Positions 58,501 through 64,000 of a DNA stretch of 64,000 nucleotides are shown piece by piece; positions within the stretch are counted from its first letter, which is position 1, and each line of letters begins with the position of its first letter. The stretch is from Asterionella formosa (lineage: Eukaryota), in the NCBI GenBank assembly GCA_002256025.1, contig NKIB01006075.1, positions 62,001-126,000 of the forward strand. The letters are read 5' to 3'. Both the position numbers and the translations under genes were made by a program. Below the pieces are notes generated by a model. That model made no database searches. It was not told the DNA's origin and saw nothing but the letters and a program-made list of their open reading frames with translations.

Positions 58501-58974
58501 CCAGTAAAAAAACTGCCATGACCCATTGAGAATATTTTTGAACTGCCGTGACCCATTGAACGCAAAATAACACATTTTGCAATCAAAACTTAAATAAATG
58601 TAAATTTTGAGAGTTCTGGCTCCTTCCCGAGCATATAGGCTAGTCAGTATGTAATTAGTTTGAGATTTGGAGCATGACAATTGCTTTAAAACATGACCTA
58701 ATCCATCCTTGAAAATGTATATAAATGTATATAAATTTATCTAGAAAAAAGTATTCACTGCTCAGTGACCCATTGAAATCACTTTTTAGCTGTTTTATTA
58801 TCATCGTATCTTCTGATGAAATTGTTCAATCAGAATTCTAACATGACAGCTTGATTGATCGATGCTGCTCTGACACTATCAAACAAATGGATCCGCAATT
58901 CGGTAGAATTTACCATTAGTCAGAGGAGTCAAACAAACACCCTAACTCAATGGGTCATGGTAGTTTTTTACTGG
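58501..58974. mobile_element. ~474-bp MITE with ~30-bp TIRs and internal TGACCCATTGA motifs
   Basis: CCAGTAAAAAAACTGCCATGACCCATTGAG 58501-58530 vs CTCAATGGGTCATGGTAGTTTTTTACTGG 58946-58974; left flank TA, right flank CA; extra motif copies at ~58549 and ~58766. Confidence 0.8.
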
Positions 58975-59753
58975 CACTACCGGTGTGTGGTCTGAGAAAC
59001 GAGGACTGCAACTTCGTTAAAAATCCACGCAGTATTGCCGCGATCTTTTCTTTGCGCAAAACGAAGCCTTTCTGGTCAGGCCTATGTACTATGTATACGT
59101 ATGGTTTACAACAACTGCATAAGAGCTCGTCATACTTTACGACGAGAGGGCGGAGGAGCGAGGAAGGAACAAATGAATGTATTGTGTACGACAGCTGCAG
59201 TTCACCCTTTGTATGAATATTTGCTTACCTGTGCTACATACATACCACGGTACCTGGTACCGTATATACGACCGGTGAGATATTCTCACTCAGTTCCGCC
59301 ATACGTAGCTATTTCTTGTACCGGTACTTACAGATACAAGTACCCGCAGGTAGCTTATCACGTATGTAGCCTTTCGTTATCGTTGAGATAACGGTTTCCG
59401 TTTCTTCCTCCGAACACCGAATTATCGCCCGTTGTTTCATCGATCAAACACGCCAGCAACTACTACCGCATTGTTAGGCACGACTTTTGATCCCATCGTC
59501 AACAAGACTGTAGTTCTAGAACTAGCAAACACACATTCATCAAATCAATATCTAGAAGTCAGTCACTCTGTTGCTGCTGGTTAGATAAGATTCCTTGCTT
59601 CTTGATTGCAGTTACATTATTGTGGTCAAATCGTCAAGCGAATTCCATCGTGCTCAACGCTGTTCCGCAACCGTTTCAAACAACCCAAACACAACAGCGC
59701 AACCTTGTTTGCCTGCCCACTGGTCCACGTCGCACAACTAGCCGCTATCGAAT

Positions 59754-60440
59754 ATGAGTTCAAGACCAACATCCGCTGGGGCCAAGCCCCCTCTGTACAA
59801 GATTGTCATGTTGGGCGATTCTGGTGTTGGTAAGACGTCGCTGGTAGCTCGTCTTACGAACCCAGAACGACCACTGAACCATGATATTTCGGCCACCATG
59901 GGCATTGAATTCGACACCCAAATGCTGGACACGCCGCAGGGAAAGGTCAAGGCGCAGATTTGGGATACAGCAGGGCAGGAGAGATTCGCCCGCGTCCTGC
60001 TCCCTACCTACTTTCGGAAGGCGAAGGGAGTCATTCTCGTCTATGACATTACCAATCAAAAGTCCTTTGAGTCCTTGAGTGAACGGTGGATGGCACAATT
60101 GAACGACCATGCTAATTCGGAGGACCTGGCCAAACTGTTGGTGGGGAACAAATCAGATTTGGAAGCAAATCGTGAAGTCAGCGTGGACAAGGCGAAGCAA
60201 TTTTGTGCTGAATTTGGAATGGATATGCTAGAAACATCGGCAAAGTCCGGAGAGAACGTCTTGCAGTCTTTCGAAAAACTGGTGGGAATAGTTCATGACA
60301 GAGCTCTTGTTTCAAACAAGACCAAGGGCGGAATCAAGGGCATGAATGCAGGAGGGCAATCCCAAAATGCTGGTGGCAACACTATTGCATTGAATGCTGA
60401 TCAAGATACTCCGTCTGCGTCAAATACATGTGGATGTTAG
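59754..60440 (+). CDS. Divergent Rab-family small GTPase, 228 aa
   Basis: GDSGVGKTS, GIEF, KAQIWDTAGQERF, VGNKSDL, ETSAK, C-terminal CGC prenylation motif. Confidence 0.93.
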   Translation: MSSRPTSAGAKPPLYKIVMLGDSGVGKTSLVARLTNPERPLNHDISATMGIEFDTQMLDTPQGKVKAQIWDTAGQERFARVLLPTYFRKAKGVILVYDITNQKSFESLSERWMAQLNDHANSEDLAKLLVGNKSDLEANREVSVDKAKQFCAEFGMDMLETSAKSGENVLQSFEKLVGIVHDRALVSNKTKGGIKGMNAGGQSQNAGGNTIALNADQDTPSASNTCGC

Positions 60441-60838
60441 AGTATGCTTATGCTGTAGTGGTGGTTGGTTCATCAAAGTGGCATGAATTGCGGCAACTTT
60501 TTATTCGTTTTTGAGACAGCTGCTAGTGTCATCCGGATTGAATCGAACAGCAGCGCACAGCGAGTTTGTATGAGAAGAACAAATCCTTTTCTTAGTCCTT
60601 ATCGCCGTTTATAGTGCATGGTTTAGTTGACTTGTATTTTTCAAGTGTAGTCGGTGTGACTATACCGGTAGCTCATTATAGATTGTCACTCTCAATTTTT
60701 AAGCAAAGGAAGGATCTTGGTATGAATGTAAAGAAATGAACCATGGCGTGTCCGAAGCACAAGGCGCTGCGCTTTGATATGGAATCCTCATTATAAGTCA
60801 GGACTCCATGGATACCTTCGACTACCAGTAATTCAAAC

Positions 60839-61869
60839 TCAGCTAGCTCCGCTCCGACAGTGAATATTGTCAAACTCCACTTGGTGCACTTGCCATCGAA
60901 ATGCTCCTACATCATCTTCCATGAGTCCCAAGTCAATGCAACAAAAATCACCATGTTGCCGTAATGACCCTGGAGATACTACTCGTATGGACCCATCTGG
61001 AGCACAGTCGATCGTCTGCGCCGTACCACCCACAAGGTTCAAACATACGTTGGTGTCGGTAAGGGAGGACACGTAGTCCGCCATTGGAATCGTTGCCAAG
61101 TTAACGTTGGTTGTCACTAAAATAGTTTGAGAGTGGTCTGTGGTGAATGATATGTCCGTGTTTTTTGTTTCGGGGGCTAGTTCAAGTAGCTGCTGCACCT
61201 GTCGTGACAGTTCGGGCCTGGTGGATAGGTCATGAAACATGAATTAGGAAAAAAAGAGTTGCAATTTTCCAAAGCAGGTCTGTTCTTGACCTGTTCTGGG
61301 TTGCCATAATTTGTGCAGCAATATCTAGTAGCGCCGACTTACCTATACTTCTGAAACGTCTCGTCCGCCATGACAGACAAACCACCACACCCCAACGCCG
61401 GCGCTAATTGCAGCCACTCGGCATGAATGTTCCTAGAATTGGGTGTCAGTCGAAGCGGGCCCTCTTTTTCGCCTAGTACCAACGTCGTTTCTGGGTCTTG
61501 CGGCCCCGCTGGACAAAAGCATACCCGACAAACGATGGACTCCAGTTGCGACAGCGCGCCGGTCATGAGTCCTTCCAAGGCAGCCGTCAATTCCGGTGTT
61601 CGTCGACGAATCATTGGTTGTGGCCGTCGCCTCGTCATGTATTGGGCCAAGTCCTCATCGCGGCAGAAGGGTCCACACGCAATAATGACATCCACTTGTC
61701 CACCCGAAATTCGTGAATCCGTGAGGGCGTACTCGGCTAGTGCAGAGGCAGAAGGAAGGTCAAGGTCGGCGACAGCTACGATGCGGATGGAGGCTTCATC
61801 GCGGGGTAGTTGGAGGCTTCCAACCAAGTCGAATGCTGCTGCCCTCTCTGCTGATGTTTCTTCCGTCAT
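60839..61869 (-). CDS. Metallophosphoesterase-fold protein with degenerate metal ligands, 2 exons (61869-61343, 61217-60839), 301 aa
   Basis: RIVAVADL, DVIIACGP, RVCFCP...DP, NSRNIH, VVSPGSL; 125-bp GT-AG intron with CTAAT branch point restores the frame. Confidence 0.7.
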
Positions 61870-62438
61870 GTTGTTGTGATAACCAATTCGCGTCTATGTG
61901 ACTGCTGTCATTGATGTCGTGGTGGTGGATTGCTTTCGTTTTGTCGAATACCGAAAGATAATTATTTATTACCTGGTAGTCAAGGTAATTTGCTTTACGA
62001 CACACCGGGTAGCTAGTCTTAAAGCTCGCTCAGCATGACCACATTTTCCTATGCTGTGGTAATTGCTTACCCGTAGAATCAGACATCAATATACCATGTA
62101 ATCGCGGTAAAAAGGAAATATAGCTCGGTTTTCCCGCAACTCCCAGGTACAGGTACAGCATATGTACCCTGGTTTTGAAATAGCTATACGGCGCTTCTTT
62201 CTAAGAGTGCTCCCCTACTTGCTCTGAAATGACCGGTCAAGATCTCTCTCGCGCCGCTCGTTTGCTAATTATTATGCTATATAAATACTGTCTATTTCCT
62301 TTTGGACATTCCTCAGACTACATCTAGTCTTCGGATACCTGTCGACATCAACAGCCTAACAGACACATTCTGACAACCTGGTACCCGCCCTACATACAAC
62401 ACTTCTTGTTCTTTTACAACCACTTCACCTTGTAATAC

Positions 62439-62840
62439 GGTACCTGTGTTGCCCTTCAATATGTGGCCAACCTCCCTGGCAATGATTGTGCTGTGTATCA
62501 GGCTAATTACACCCAGAGCTGCTGTGTTGGCCTCTCAGATTCGATGGCCCCAGTGACGAGTGCTCCTGGAAATACTCTTGCCCTAATCACTACTGCTCCT
62601 GATGTTGCTACTCCTGGGCCTGATGTTTGACATCTCATCCCAACTGGTACCCCAACAACTGGCCCTCATGGAGATACGCTTGCCCCAGTCACTACAATGC
62701 CTGATGCTGCGGCTACTACTCCTGGACCTACTGCTTAAGCTCCTGCTAGATCGCCGAATAGTGTCACATTCACAGCATCTTCCAGAGCCAGTTATGTTGC
62801 AGCTAGTGTAGTCACTATGATGACACTCATTCTTGCCTAG
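62439..62840 (+). pseudogene. Truncated pseudogene of a Cys-module + Pro/Thr stalk + GPI-signal-like surface protein
   Basis: GTCVALQYVA...DCAVYQ...SCC, TAP/TP-rich stalk, hydrophobic tail ASYVAASVVTMMTLILA*; in-frame stops at 62628 and 62736; no signal peptide found. Confidence 0.6.
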
Positions 62841-64000
62841 TATGTGGAATGAACACTTCAAAAAATTAAAATTTGAATGTGACAGTTTGAAATTGGTAAC
62901 TTTTTGGTTAAGACAGGGTATGTAATTTGAATCGAATCAAACTGCAGCTTTTAGTCTTTTAGTTATACTGTGTGTTTCTGAAGAAATTAAAGAATACATA
63001 CATAAATAGCCAATGTATGATCACCCAATTGAAGTTACTAGTACTTAAATGATGAAATTCAAACCAAGTGAAAATTTTATCGTAGATGATCATGTAATCT
63101 GTTATAAAGTAGAACATACAGTTATAGATTTTATGTCATCCATTTGTCTTTGACTCACAACATTGTCAATTGTACATATTTTACATCTTTACAAGAAGAT
63201 TTCCCACCCAAACCAAGTTTTATTTTACTGGATTGTTACTTGTTGATACTAGAATAACTGGTACCCGGTTTTTATGTGCATGTCATAACACCAGTATGGC
63301 TGGAATCATGTTCAGGGTACTGCTTACCACCCAACGACAAGGTAGCCATTGTAGTCAATAGTATATAATTTTTCAACTGTGATAATGCCATTCTTCATGA
63401 AATTCTTCTCACCTCACATATCAATCACTTGAACTTCTCATCTGTCAGATCATCCCTCTTTTTTTCAACTCGTTTTATGGGTGATTGTGGAGTTTTCCAT
63501 GAAAATATCTCACTATGTTTAATTAGTCATGTCAGGAATTTACAGTTGATATGCTTCATTTCGAATGTCATTGATTGTTATGGCACAGGAACATGCAACA
63601 TTTTGTTAGTGTGTATTTGGGAATGTCAAAATAGTCTATTTTTACACAAAGTCAATTTTCTGTTGGAAACTTGCTTATTTTAATTCCCCGTTTAAAAAGA
63701 AGGTGATGCCAGCTGAATGGATTGAATTCAGTCCTTTCTCATCAACAGCAACCGTAGGTCCTACTTATGTAACTAGTGCAAGATACATGATGAGTTCTAA
63801 TGCCAATATCGGTCAGTATATAAATCGCTATAACATTGCTTGAGTAATTGTGTTCGTGTCTAGCATATTTAGTTCAAAACATGAATTTACTAGATATAAC
63901 ATTGCTTGGTTCCAAGTTCAAAATCTTAAAGCATTTTCTCTCAGGTCTTGTTAGATGGTGAAGTCCCCACAAGCTCCTCACTCGTTTGCTCTACATCTAC

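Noticed and set aside
1..64000. tRNA, rRNA or snoRNA genes
   Set aside because: None recognised by eye; covariance-model searches would be needed to exclude them

Overview
Eukaryotic, gene-dense nuclear DNA, almost certainly from a diatom: an FCP/LHC gene and a TPI carry bipartite signal+ASAF-type plastid presequences, and introns are short GT-AG. About 19 apparently intact genes: GNL3/Nug1-like GTPase, plastid TPI, small single-TM protein, Yos1, 2OG-Fe(II) oxygenase, a ~2817-aa secreted SdrD-B/mucin-like protein, Beclin/ATG6, DUF1279, LHC, DedA, SNF2-RING ATPase, glutaminyl cyclase, PDZ-SYLF-PH-VASt-like protein, RPA12, MFS transporter, GNAT, divergent Rab, and a metallophosphoesterase-fold pseudoenzyme. 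Intergenic DNA holds CpG-depleted TE relics, two copies of a TTAA-flanked MITE, a second MITE, a telomere-motif micro-MITE pair and a ~3.3 kb fold-back element. The most unusual signal is a family of TA-bounded micro-palindromes (TACCGGTA ~28 copies, TACCWGGTA ~15 copies with 7-bp arrays, TAGCTA, TA[C/G]TA) that is almost entirely intergenic. Paired repeat copies show that the short members arise as insertions at TA sites, consistent with massively iterated transposon excision footprints or another TA-directed insertion process. The giant adhesin gene also has a fossilised C-terminal domain cut off by a 65-bp duplication. All counts and alignments were done by eye and no database searches were run.
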